A DNA stretch of 54,408 nucleotides from Bugula neritina (Eukaryota > Animalia > Bryozoa). Both the position numbers and the translations under genes were made by a program. The notes under the pieces are model-generated. The model was given only the letters and a program-made list of their open reading frames with translations. It made no database searches and was not told where the DNA came from. This document shows, in pieces, positions 1 through 12,400 of the stretch. The DNA is taken from NCBI GenBank assembly GCA_964035545.1, contig CAXIUT010000057.1, forward strand, positions 1 to 54,408, read 5' to 3'. Position 1 is the first letter of the stretch. Each line of letters opens with the position of its first letter.

Positions 1-75
1 CCCAACCCCAACCCCAACCCCAACCCCAACCCCAACCCCAACCCCAACCCCAACCCCAACCCCAACCCCAACCCC
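1..75. repeat. Left telomere, (CCCCAA)n, Tetrahymena-type repeat
   Basis: Perfect CCCCAA array from base 1 (starting CCCAA) to 75, followed by AT-rich unique sequence. Confidence 0.99.
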
Positions 76-996
76 TGCATTTTATTAAGAAATATTAATA
101 TTGATTTTTATTTGAATTGATAAATATGACTTTTCATTCTCAAATTAAATTAAATAATTAAAATTGATGATATACATCATAAGAATTCTTGGTTTATTTT
201 TCAATTGACTTTTCAATAATTAAAACCAGTATGAGAGCTTCAAATACAAAATTATAGCTATTCTTAACTATCTTCATAAGAATCTATTTAAACAATGATT
301 AAACCACTTTTTGTCTTATAATCTACTTGCGTCCATCATTTTTATCCTTATCTTTTCCCTTCCTCCCTTTGATAAGTGATTCGTTAAAATTTATTTTCCT
401 CCTCCCAGATTAGGTGAAACCAATGAAACATTTTCCAATCGTATTTATGTTAAAATAAGCTGGAAAAAATAAGAAGAGCAGTTTGATTCCTCTCTTAGTT
501 GAACTTGCTTCTTTGATATTTTCTTGATGTTTGAAAAAAAATAATTTTCAATATTCTCTTCAATAAGAAATCAACTAAGATAAATCGATGTTTATGAGAT
601 TAATCTATATAAAAACTTTTTCCTGATTCTTTATCTGTTTATTCATTTTGAATACTAGCAAGTAGGATTGATAGTTAAAGTTGATGATCAAGATAAAATT
701 CTTCATCAAAGAATAGGATTAAAGAAATCGGAATTTATTCTAAAATGGGTATTCTAAAATTAAGTATAAAAATGAAGTTTATTCCAAAACTTTAACAATA
801 AATTTGATTTCAGAAGGATATCAAACATGGATTTTGGTTATTCTTATTGAAAAAAAGAAAGAAGGAGAAGCTTTAGTGAGTTTTTATCTGGAGACAATGT
901 TCAAGACAGTTGATGAAAGTAAATATATTGCTTCTTATCAACATAAGCTGTATTGGAACATTATAATAATTAAATATCAAGTTAAATAAAATAAGA

Positions 997-2183
997 ATGC
1001 CAGAACTAAGTTAGATCATTAGCTAGTTAGCCCAAAACTGTGTGTACTTGAAAGCTCTTAAGTAAGCTAAAAGAGTTTACAATATTTGCTATTAAGATTT
1101 AAAAGTCCTTTCTCCTTATAGTGTGTTTCAACTTCTAAAAAAGCTCAATAATAAAATAGAAATTATAAATAATAAAAACAATGAGACCTCTATTGACTGT
1201 TAAAACCTCTCGGAAGAATGTTGGCACCCAACTGAATATAAACTATTTTCATGGGTTTCAGTATGCTATGCATTCATCATAGATAAATCAATTTATGACT
1301 TCGTAACTATTTTTTAATTCAGGAACCTTTAAACAACTAATTTATAATGAACATATTCAAAAATAAGAACCCTCGCTTCATCTAGTTCAATTTACTATGC
1401 CTCAAAAAACAATCAAAATCAAAGAAATAAGATTGGAAATCATAATAAAGAAACATTTTACTATAACTTCTTCAAGAATAAAAGTTGAAAGGGAAATGGA
1501 GTGATATTTCTTATAACTTGTACATCAAATCCAATCAATAATTTTTCAGAACTCCTCAAAATTGTAGATAAATGTGGTTTAATCATTTAAATCCAGCAGT
1601 AAATCACTCGAAATGGACCACATAATAAGATGTAGAGCTATTTAGACTAGCAAGACAAATGGGTAAAAAATGGGCAGGAATATCAAAAGCTATAAATGGA
1701 GTAAGAACATAACATATGGTTAAAAATAGATTTAACTCAATTACTAAAAAATATCAAAGTAGATTCCAAAGATGCTCAACAAAAAAAATCATCTAGTTAA
1801 TATTTCTTCATCTATAAAAAAAAATCCTTCATTAAAAAAACTAAAATGATTAATCTTACCCCTCAAAAGATAACTAAGATAACTCCCATGAAGGACATCT
1901 TATCAAAAATTCAATATAGAGCATAGAAGAAGAAGCTGAAGTCGAAATCTATGATCAATAATGCAAACAAGAGGAAATCGAGGAAGAAAACGAAGTAAGA
2001 AGAAATTTTGGAGAATATGAAGTAGAAGAATAGAAACTAAAGATGGAGAATGATAATGGTTAATGGGGAGGTAATTTATAGGACTTTGTTAATGCCCAAA
2101 AATAATAGAACTTATAGCTGAAGGATTACACTGACTATTACGAATAAAACAAAATCACTATTTTTAGTGGTACAAATTCTTGA
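997..2183 (+). CDS. Myb-family DNA-binding protein (tandem Myb repeats, acidic C-terminus); one 20-nt intron at 1303-1322
   Basis: With TAR=Glu it reads WKSEE...KWSDIS...RTPQNCREMWFNHLNP...KWTTEEDVELFRLARQMGKKWAGISKAINGVRTEHMVKNRF; the intron GTAACT...TTCAG joins the upstream frame; ends in TGA. Confidence 0.9.
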
Positions 2184-2242
2184 TTTATTAGCATACTAAT
2201 TCAATAAATAATCAATATCATTATTTAGACAAAATAATCAGA

Positions 2243-5200
2243 ATGAAATATAACTTTCAATAGTTATAAATAATAGCAATAATGTAAAACCCCATGCTAG
2301 CCCGTTTAAGACAATAAATGCAATAAAAATAATACTCACATCGATTCACATAAGTACCCTCTTTCTCATCCAGCTCATGCAAGTCAATACCAAACTCAAC
2401 AAAGAAGACAAACAACACATCGAACTCACAGCACCAGTTAATTCCATACTACCTAATATCTCTAACTCTAAGCTAAAACTGAATGGAAGGAATAAATCAC
2501 AATCAGCCAAAAGATTACCACTCAAATCAGAAATTGATAAAAATAAACATACTAAAAGCAATAAACGGCTCTTACATGAATCTCCTAAATAATAAAATAA
2601 ATAAAGTAAACTTGACCTTGACGGACTCATAATAAAAAAACAAAGTTTAGGTTAAGGACCAACAGTTAAACAAACAGTCCTTAGAACAAAAATACTATCT
2701 CTAAAAACACCATCAAAATAAGGATAACGCAATAAATAAGGAACTCTAACTAAAGATATCACACTAACAGGCAAACAGCATTCATATAGTAGAACAGATA
2801 GGTCAAAAGTAGTAAGTGTGAGATAGTTTAATGACAAAATATAAAAGCTAAGCGATGACTTATTTATCAACATAAAATAGAACAAAATAGATATCTAAAG
2901 TATGGATTATAAAAAAGTATTAAAATACTTAAATAAACTCAAATAATATAATTAAGAATAATATAAAAAAATACAAAATATCTTAAATAAAGTCATTAAA
3001 TTCATCAATAAACATAAAATACAATATGGTAATATCCTATTTAGATTAATATTGGCTTTGAGTTATAAAAAGGTTGTTTCTAATTATGAATTAGTCAACT
3101 TATTTATTAATAAAAATCAAATTATTTAAGATTATAAAATTGTTGGACTTTAATATTATACTATACCATAAGATAAAGGTAAAAATATTGCTGCTAATAA
3201 GATCATATCTTTATTTCGGATGGTTTTTTCTAAAAAGTTTTATAAAAATCTAAATGGACTAATGAAAAAAGTTAGAATTATACAAAAACATTGGAGAAAT
3301 AGTCTTCTAGCAAAAAAAACAAGAAAGTAAATGATGGAAAATATCAACAATAAAATGAAAATATACAATTAGCTCCAATCTAAATTTAGCAAAGATTGGA
3401 ATCTGATTAAAAATTATAATAGATTTTAGATCCACATTTGTTCTTACTCTTTATAAGAATTCAAGCGTCTGACAACTAAAAATTTAAAACAAAAGTAAAA
3501 TAATCAAATAACCAGAATATTTAGAGCATACTAAACAGATGTCAATGTCATATATGTAGTACCATATCAACTATCAGAATAAATTAATAAATATTATCAA
3601 TCTATCTTTCGATTTAATTCGAGTAGCATTCAACAAAAAATATACTTTATTGTACCTTAAAGTAGAATTAAAATTTAAAAATATTGTCCTGTTACCACAG
3701 TAGCTGCCTTGCTCTACTCACCTAAAGCTATTAAAAAAATCAAACAAATCATCGGACAAGAAAAAGCATATATCGTACCTTCTTTACCATCAGTTTAATA
3801 TATCAACTTGGCTGCATAGCTAAAAGTTCCCATCCTTGGACCCAACCAAAATTTAGCAAAATTGTATTCAACTAAATCTGGAAGTCTCAAGATCTTAAGC
3901 AATGTATCTAAAAAAGAAAAAGCTCCTTTTATGACTGTAAAATCAATAGTATCAATTTTTTCTTAAAAATAACTCATCAATTCCCTTGCTATTCTCATTT
4001 ATAAATACAAAAATGTGAAAACTTGGTATTTTAAAATCTAAGATTAGATAAATAGCAGAGGTCTAGCCTATCTTAATATCTCTAAAATAGCATTTCTAAG
4101 AGAACTTAGCACTGGTGAAGGTTTCTAAGAAGTATAAGAGACTTAAATGATAAAATTAATAGTAGAAGAGCTAAATAACAAAATAAAACATCGTCTCAAG
4201 ATCATAAACAAATAAATATATCATAACTATGACCAATATATCAGCCACTTTCTGACCAGAGGAGGAATCATCGAGGCAGGAGTAGAAAATGATAGAACAG
4301 ATCAGTTTTCTATCAGTTTTCTCATTTAGCCATCAGGCTAATTCAATATAATAGGCACTTATAACAAATTGTAACTAGGAGGAAAGTCTATCAACCAATC
4401 TATTCGTTTTCCTTCTCTTATTAAGCAGATAGATTACTAAGGTATCACTCGTAATCTATATAAAGAACTATATCTTAAAAATAAACTTTTTGGATACTTC
4501 ACTGTTGATTTTCTTTTTTCTTAACATAGTGGACAAGTCTATGCCATTGGTATGGATTGTTTCCTTAACTAAAAAACATCATCTCTTTTTATGATCAACT
4601 TTGCAACTTAAACTCGCTACGATAAAGATAAAAATTTACTTTTAAATAGAAAAGAAGAAGAAGTGCATTTTACTTATTGTCCAGCTATGAATCTAGTAAA
4701 GTTACCATCGATGGTGACTTTCTTCAAAAACTGTAAATATGAAAATATTTCTTTTGATTTGTAGAAAAAAGTAGGAACAATTTTTGTCCTCCTTGATAGT
4801 ATAGAAAATGAACAAGTAGGATTTCTATCAATTGATTAAAGTCCTCTTCTATTGCTAAAAGAACTGAAAAAGATAGTTGAATACTTTTGTAGAGAATATC
4901 GCCAGAACAAAAATAGTAATGATTAGATAGGCCTTCTCAAAGGAGCAGTAACAACCACTTTGAAGCGTTTTTAGAAGCCTAAAAGCAATATAATTCCAAA
5001 ATTATAATTGGAATACTGATAACATGATCTTTAATGTTTTGTTCTAATACTAAAAAGAATAATAATAAAGAAGATATGTAAAACAAAAGAATTCTCAGTC
5101 GTTCAATCGTAATAGACCCAGTTAACTAACGTATCGATCACAAAAGATACCACAAACACAAGGACAGTCTCGTTAAGATATCCCATTCACAACATACAGC

Positions 5201-5661
5201 ATCTTTATTCGCAAAAAAATAAAGTTAAAATGGAGAGTATGTCTAACAAATTGATCGATATAAAAGATGCAACTCATATGTTAAAAATTTATTCGATAAT
5301 AGGACTCTTTAAAACACCAACCTTGTTAAAAAGTTAGTTGGTATTGATCGAAGAAAAAGTCCTTTTCACAAAGATTAAAAAAAATTACCTTGTATTCATA
5401 AAGAGAGTAAACAAGAATAGATCAAAAAGGAAAATCAAAGGATGGTTTAAAAAATATTATAGCAACAGAAATGCAAAAGTAAAAAAGAATTAAAGAAGGA
5501 ATTTGAAGTTTATGAAAAGTTTAAAAAAAGTTTAAGAAAAATCAAAGGGCGACAAAGCTCTTTTATCAGGCTAAAAGTTGTTAGATGATTATTTAGTGAT
5601 AATAGATTTTATTTTATAATAAAAAAGTAGTTATGATGATTTTTTGTTATTAAAAAAGTGA
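2243..5661 (+). CDS. IQ-motif-containing protein H (IQCH)-like, about 1130 aa; 20-nt intron at 2354-2373
   Basis: Long TGA-free frame; IQ-like motif IIQKHWR; motifs IHICSYS, LLYSPKAIKKIK, LYSTKSGS, WYFKI, GGIIEA recalled from the IQCH family. Confidence 0.75.
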
Positions 5662-5700
5662 ATTGATAAATTATATTGAAATTTCTTCTAAAGTCTATTG

Positions 5701-6066
5701 ATGAACTTCTTCGACAATGACAACTAAAGTAAAATCAATTTCAAATGCTATCATATCTCTAAAATTAAAAGTAACAAACCTCTACTCCCAAGCCAACTTC
5801 ATCGTCGTCCATTCTAAAGATACAAAGATATGAAACTTGCCCTCAAGCTCATAGAAAGGGAATAAAAAACTCGTAACAGAGACAGTTAACGATAAAAAGC
5901 TGTAAGATCAACACAAGGTACAGCAAGAGTCAGCATTCACTAGCATGCACAACCTCGAAAGACATTCTGTTCAAAAAGGATGAAGTTTGTCCAAAAAAAT
6001 ACAGATCCAATGAAATATAGATAGATAATAATGAGATCTGCAACTATTGATAATTTGATTCGTTGA
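5701..6066 (+). CDS. Hypothetical basic protein, 121 aa
   Basis: ATG-to-TGA frame that fills the gap between flanking genes; no recognisable domain. Confidence 0.55.
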
Positions 6067-6213
6067 TCTGATATTTAACTTTTCAAAGGGAGATATTTAT
6101 TTATTTTATTTATTTTGTTTCAGTTAAAGAATAAAATGTCCAAATAGTTAATAAGTTAATTCATTTTTTATTTTTATTTTCTTATCAATTAATTGATTTT
6201 ATACAAGAATAAA

Positions 6214-6873
6214 ATGTATAATAAGTAATATTAGGATATGTAACCTGAAAAATCACAAACAGAAGGGACTCATATTATATCTGACACCTCTGCATTCTAA
6301 GGAAAATGGCTTGGAATATCAAAAATAGACTATTCTATTGGAGATAAAGTCATCAAAGGTTATGAAGCTGTCTACCGTCCTACAAGAAAAAATAAAGGAA
6401 CTGCCATTGATGGAGTTTAAATCATTCCCATCATCAAAAAAAAAGATCAAGAGCCTCAAGTTGTATTTATAGCCAATTTCAGACCATCTACAGGTCGTTT
6501 TGTTGTTGAATTTCCAGCTGGATTGCTTGATTGTTAGGATTTCTAAAAAAATGCAAAGAGATAATTGGAAGAATAAACAGGTTATAGAGCTTAGAAGCTA
6601 CTTAAACTAGCGACTTTACCTACTCATTGTGATCCTTGGAAAAGCAATGAGGCAGGAATGCTTTATATAGCTATCATAAATGGAGATGATCCCAATCATC
6701 ATAAAGAACAAGAGCTAGAACACGATGAAAACATAAGGATGTTTACTTTGCCTTTGAATAGCAATTTGGCATAAAATTTAGACAAAGTTGTAAAGGAGAA
6801 TTCGTATGTAGTTCAAGCCAAAGTTTGGCCTTTTTGTTTGAGTTTAAACTTTTCTAGTTTATTAGGAATATGA
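6214..6873 (+). CDS. Nudix hydrolase, ADP-sugar pyrophosphatase (NUDT5/Ysa1)-like
   Basis: GKWL...IDGV...FRP...VEFPAGLLD plus Nudix box KR[TAA]LEE[TAA]TGY = RELEEETGY; also DPWKSNE. The start could be the ATG at 6238. Confidence 0.9.
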
Positions 6874-6894
6874 GGAAATAAATGATTGAATTAA

Positions 6895-7583
6895 TCAGTA
6901 ATTTGAGTCTTTATTGTATGATTTCATTGGAATAAGTCTTTATGTTTAACTACGCTCCCATCTCTCGATATAATCAATGACTCCTCTAACCAGAAAGATT
7001 ACTATCAATGATATTAATGCTTCAAAAATACCTAAATGACTTGATTTATACCTGTAATAATATAGAGAGTTTGAGGATACAAAGCACTACAGATCCGATC
7101 TATCTATATGTTGATTTACTATTGAGTTATTGTTCTGTGACAGATGCATAACTTGGCACTTTATTTTCCATAACAATTCCACAAATAAGATACATAATCA
7201 CTCGAATCAACAAATTGAAAAACACCAAATAGCTAAAAATTCTAATATGTCTTTATCATATGGTATTTACCTAGAATTTTTATTTCTAACACTTCTGAAT
7301 CCAAAATAAGAACAAATAGCCCATATGATATTTATCAGCATAAAGCCAATCGATAGGTAAGAAAAGGAAGGACATTCATTTTGATAGTGCCAAAAAGACC
7401 AAAATATTTTACAACTTTCTATGATCATATTTATCTATTTATTCAAACACGTACAGTTAGATATCCATTGATAGCTTGAAGCACCTGTATTTTAGATTAT
7501 TCAGCTGCACTAAAAACCTAAGAGTCATTCGGTACCACTTGCTACACGATGTTAGTTTTTATTATGAAAGGCAAGCCCGACAT
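6895..7583 (-). CDS. Small multi-pass (about 4 TM) membrane protein; three 20-nt introns at 7435-7454, 7251-7270 and 7032-7051
   Basis: Frame stays open only after removing three GT...AG 20-mers; several hydrophobic segments. Confidence 0.7.
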
Positions 7584-7662
7584 CTTGTTATACTACAATT
7601 CAAAATAATATCAAACATTTAATATCCTTTGTATAAAATCATTAAAACTATCAATATATATA

Positions 7663-8306
7663 TCACTAATTGTCATTTTATTTTATTTATTAGTCACTTA
7701 CCACATCTTTTATCTATCCTATATAATATTTCATCATTCTAAGTATTCCATCTTTCAGCGTTGAGTTAGTTGAAGGACATCCCACACATGATCCAAGTAG
7801 TTTGACAACAAGAACACCAGTTTATTCATTAAAGGACATAAATTGAACATCACCTCCGTCATCTTGTACAAATGGACGAATCCGACTAGCTAACAACTAT
7901 TTTATCTATTTTACTATCTAACTATCTCCCTCCTGAATACCCGCTTAGTTCAATGCACTTTATAGCAAAATAAATACCTAGAATCAACTATTAGATCTTA
8001 ACCTGATTAGTAATGGTTCTCTATTAGGTCGAATATCAAAGGTTTAAGCTAGTTCCAGTTGGATTGTTATTTTTTAGATATTGATATAAAATCTTTTCCA
8101 TAGAATACTCGTGTGACTCCATCTATTTTGAATATTTGTTTTGCTAAAGGTGATATTTTATAGGCATCTTGAAGAGATGGGATGTCGATAGGTTACTAAG
8201 ATCCCATAACTGTTTTGGATGTTGGAATGAATTTAAGGAAATGTGGGTTAGGTGTGGTTTTAGTTCTTATGAAAAGGTTAAAGAAGATTTTGTTAGATAA
8301 TTTCAT
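7663..8306 (-). CDS. NFU1: Mitochondrial Fe-S cluster scaffold NFU1 (Nfu_N + NifU domain); 20-nt intron at 7958-7977
   Basis: LFIRTKTTPNPHFLKFIP, SPLAKQIFKIDGVTRVFYGKDFISISK, RIRPFVQDDGGDV, GSCVGCPSTNSTLKDGI (CxxC). Confidence 0.95.
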
Positions 8307-8326
8307 TAAAGATAATTATGATAGTA

Positions 8327-9377
8327 TCAAATATGTTTGATCATAAAAATGATTAGCAATATTATAATTGCAAACACCAAAAACCTTCTCACTTTCTTTA
8401 TACACCCACTTTCCTGTCTATCTTTGGCCTGTATCAATTAAAATATACCTCAGTCAGATGTCTTTTACCTTCTTGCACAGAAGCAACACTATTATCGATA
8501 TTCTAATCAATTCTATCAAGTAAACTTCCTTGCTAAATAACCAAATTTTGTAACTCTTTGTATATACTATTCAAAGAATAAATAGATTTAACGATCTTGT
8601 TTACCTATTCATCACGTTATTTAGCCATACTTTTTTACATCATCTCGAAATCTTACTCAGATAACCAAGCTTCTGTCTCAGATGATTCAGTTTTTATATC
8701 AAGAATATTTTTATTAGTATTTTTTAATTATTTCTAACGCTTCAATTAGAGTTGCTGCTCACTTCTAAGATGTCTAGCTGTATCACGAATATTGCCAGCC
8801 ATTGATATAAAAATATTAGTGAAAGCTAAATAAGTATATTAAAACTTCTTTTTTATGCTGCATTGCTTTAGAAGTCACAATTTGCTGCTTGCTGCATTTA
8901 TTTTAATTTTTTTTAGCATTTATTCAATTTCTTAGTAAAAATAATAATACTTTAGTCGCTTCTTCTGTAAACTGCTGAATCACTTGCTCATGTTTGTGTT
9001 AAGTTACAGAATACATCTTTTTCTTTTTTTACTTAGAAATCTCATTTTCTATATATCATACCATCTACCCAAGATCTCAACCTCCTTCAAAAGACCACAA
9101 CATTACTTATATGAAGTCATCCATAAAGGTTCATCCAAAAAGGCCATCTCAATTTAAGAAGGTTTGCTCTCTTCAGTCAACAAGTTAGATCTTAATACTG
9201 GATCATCATCAACTTTGTTTAAGAAAAAGTACCTGATTTCCTCAAAGCTGCCTTTGAAAACCTTTATTAGGAGTAAAAATACCTTTTAAGTGGGGCTTTT
9301 TTTTTACCTTTGAAGGATTGAAGATCGCTGGTTTTGTTTCTGATAATTCCTCGGTATTTGATTTTGCTTTAATGCAT
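8327..9377 (-). CDS. Syntaxin-16/Tlg2-like Qa-SNARE; 20-nt introns at 9213-9232, 9049-9068, 8931-8950, 8826-8845 and 8429-8448 (possible in-frame 21-nt intron at 9262-9282)
   Basis: SNARE motif ERDEEVNKIVKSIYSLNSIYKELQNLVIEQGSLLDRIDENID and C-terminal TM FLVFAIIILLIIFMI; five 20-nt introns are needed to keep the frame. Confidence 0.9.
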
Positions 9378-9410
9378 ATCGATTAGAGTATAAGATAATA
9401 ATAAAACTTA

Positions 9411-12400
9411 ATGTCGTAGAAAGGTTCACTCGTGGACTGGCTCTCAAAATTAGGAGTTGCAGGCCAACTCAATAACTCTGATATCCTCAATGGAGTAACT
9501 GTTAATTCAGTGCTTACTCAAGTTATATCTGATTATAACGTCAATCTGTCATCTGTCAGCACAGCCCCTGCTCGAATGAACAACTGGAACACCATGATGT
9601 ATGAACTATCTCATATAGAATTGAATTAGATAAAGCAGGAGTGAAAGTGAGTCAACAGGATAAGTCAAAGATTATCAATGGAGATGATAAAATAGTTTAT
9701 AATATTCTCTACTAACTAAAAAACCACTACGATAAAGGAAGAGAATAAGGTATCTTATCATGTTATGTAGTCTAAGTAGATATTAGCAAAATTGATTCAA
9801 GAGGTGATCCTAAAACGGCTAAATCTCTACTCTAGCTCCTCATCCTCATCATAATTAAATATTATGGTTTCAGTGTTAAATAGGCTGTAGCTCTTCTTTC
9901 TAATGATAGCAAATATTTGGCTCATATATTAGCTAAAGGATTTAAAGATAGTCCTCGACCTGTTTAAGGAATGCTTCATTAGTTATTAAAACTATTGCCT
10001 CAAATCAACACTTTTTGCAGAAATAAATAAAATTAAATATTTTTTCTAAAATCAATAAAACCAGCTCTCATCTCAAAGTTCTTATCCATAAGTTAAATAA
10101 GTTTAGAATTACTGACATAATTTACCAAAAACCTAAGTTAAAAGCTTGAAGTAGTTAAAAATGAGTTGATGTCAACTTATATATTGTCTCAAAGAAGACA
10201 TCCAATCCAAATAAAACCAATAGTTAACAGCTTGGTTCAAATACTAGGCTACAACAAGAATCTTTTACCATTTATTATCCATTCCAGTCAGCCTAATGAG
10301 TCATCTCTTTTGATGATATAATTTTTAAATCACGCATAAAGATAAAACAAACTAAATGAAGTGTTTTAAATGTTCAAATTTCAATAATTTATATAAAAAT
10401 AAATCGATAATCTCAAAAGCTCTGATTGTTTTGCCAATTCAGGCACCTTTCTTGTAAAAGTGATTTAATTAAATTATTTCCCCTTCATTCAAAACAGTGA
10501 TCGCCTCAACAACCTTGTAGACAACCTTTCATATCTAATGGTATCAAAAAGAGGAGATGTAATTATCAGTTCTAGCTTACTTTTTGCTTTTCTACACACT
10601 TTTGGAAAAAAGAAGAATCAAATAGCCCCTCAACTACTAAAACTAGCCGTTGATAAGTATAAAAATACTCTCAACTAAGACTAATCTCATTATTTTCTCA
10701 TGAACTTCATCAATACCATTGAAACCTTTCCCTCTATACCTACAGCTAACCTAGTAGAAGCCATTCTGTTCAGATATTAAACATCTACATGCTATATTGG
10801 TCAGTTATAACTGGAAATAATATAAAATTCTATGGTTCATATGGATGAAAAAGGAACTTTGAGAGTATTAAACATAATAACAAAAATTTTTGTATAATAA
10901 GTCGGTAGTGTTGATTCAATAAGTAATATTGTCGAAATAGTTATAAGAAAATTTGAATCTAAACTAATTTTTGACCTCAATGTTAAGTTCGTTAAAGTAT
11001 GTCTGGCAATATATTACGCAAATATTCGTAAACTTAACTATTCAAAATCATTGGTTTAAGGTACAGTTAAATTAGACTACGCAAATGCTTTTTATAAAGC
11101 TAAAAATAAATAAATATAAAAGTTACTATCATATATCATCATGGTTAGAGATTAGACTTTAAATAATGCAATATAACCTCTTATATGCTACACCTTTTTC
11201 CAATCATAAATTAAAAATAAAGAAGAATCAGAAGGACTCAAAAGAGTCATGATCATACTTGGATAATAAGAATAGTTAAGAAAAATATATTAAGCTGATG
11301 CTAAAGTGTTACTTTAAGATGCAAGAAATGAAGGAAGAAAACTTCCTCCTAAATAAAAGGATGTAAGTAGATATCGGGAAGTTGAAGTTAAAAATAGAGT
11401 AAATAGTGATGCTTCTCTTTTAGGCAAGAAAAAAGATTTTTTACTTCATCATCCTCCAAAAGTATCAATGGATGCTCAAAAAGGACTTTAAAAGTATTCT
11501 AAAGTTTTTCAATCGAAAATGGTCAAACTATCTCACTAATAATAGAAGAAATTACTTATGGAAGAAAGAAATGATGACTTGAGAAGAAAATTTACATTAA
11601 AAATATTAGAAAAAGGTATTAAAATATCAAAATAAACATCTGTCAACTGTATATACTAGTTTAATAGTAAATAAAAATAGATTCAAAGAGATATGGCTAA
11701 TGACTTTTCTTATCTTCCTTTTTATGATCCTGAAGTAGAGTAGTAAAGAGATATAAAGGCTTTACAATATATCATGAAAAAATACAGTAAACTGTTTAAA
11801 TTATACTATCACAACTACGGAGGCAGACTCAGGCCTAACACAATTAAACTATTCTAATAAATGTCTCAAACAGCAAATTTGATGCAATCTGCAAATGTAT
11901 GGAAATTTCTGAGAGATCATGATCTTGATCTATTCATAACTGTCAAAGAAGTTCAACACACAGTTCAAAGGATCAATGCCCACCTTAAAAAGTAATATAA
12001 AGATTCTTCTTTACTAGATTACTAAGTATTTTAAAATTTAATTATTCAAGTAGCTCTCATTATGTTCAGTAGACCTCCAAAAGATATGAGATCTTATCCC
12101 ATTTCGCATATGCTTCAATAGATAATAAATAAAATGAAAGAACATGCTCATGAAAATAGGATTGACTAAAAAATGTTTTAAGATTCTGATAATATTCAAA
12201 GTAATAAACAATAATAAATTAAAGATCTCAATTAAAAGTTGTTAGATAATCCTGACTATATTCTACCTGAAGGTTATAAAAAAGTAACAGTCAAAAAAGT
12301 TGCTTTTGACTACTAAATCAAATTTGATAGCCAAAGTTAGATAACATCAGAACTAGCTGAAGTATATTAAGTTCTTGATTAAATTTTATATTAAAAATTA

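Noticed and set aside
336-810. About 160-codon TGA-free minus-strand frame near the left telomere
   Set aside because: No convincing start or motif; such lengths arise by chance with a single stop codon. A gene is not excluded
6481-6600. Standard ciliate code (TAR=Gln) or a split code (TAA=Lys, TAG=Glu)
   Set aside because: TAA falls at invariant Glu positions (Nudix RELEEETG, Myb WTTEED, CKS1 EWR) and TAG at kinase APE and BEACH ELIPEF
8349-9114. Plus-strand ATG-initiated frames
   Set aside because: The region is explained by the minus-strand syntaxin-16 gene with a clear SNARE motif
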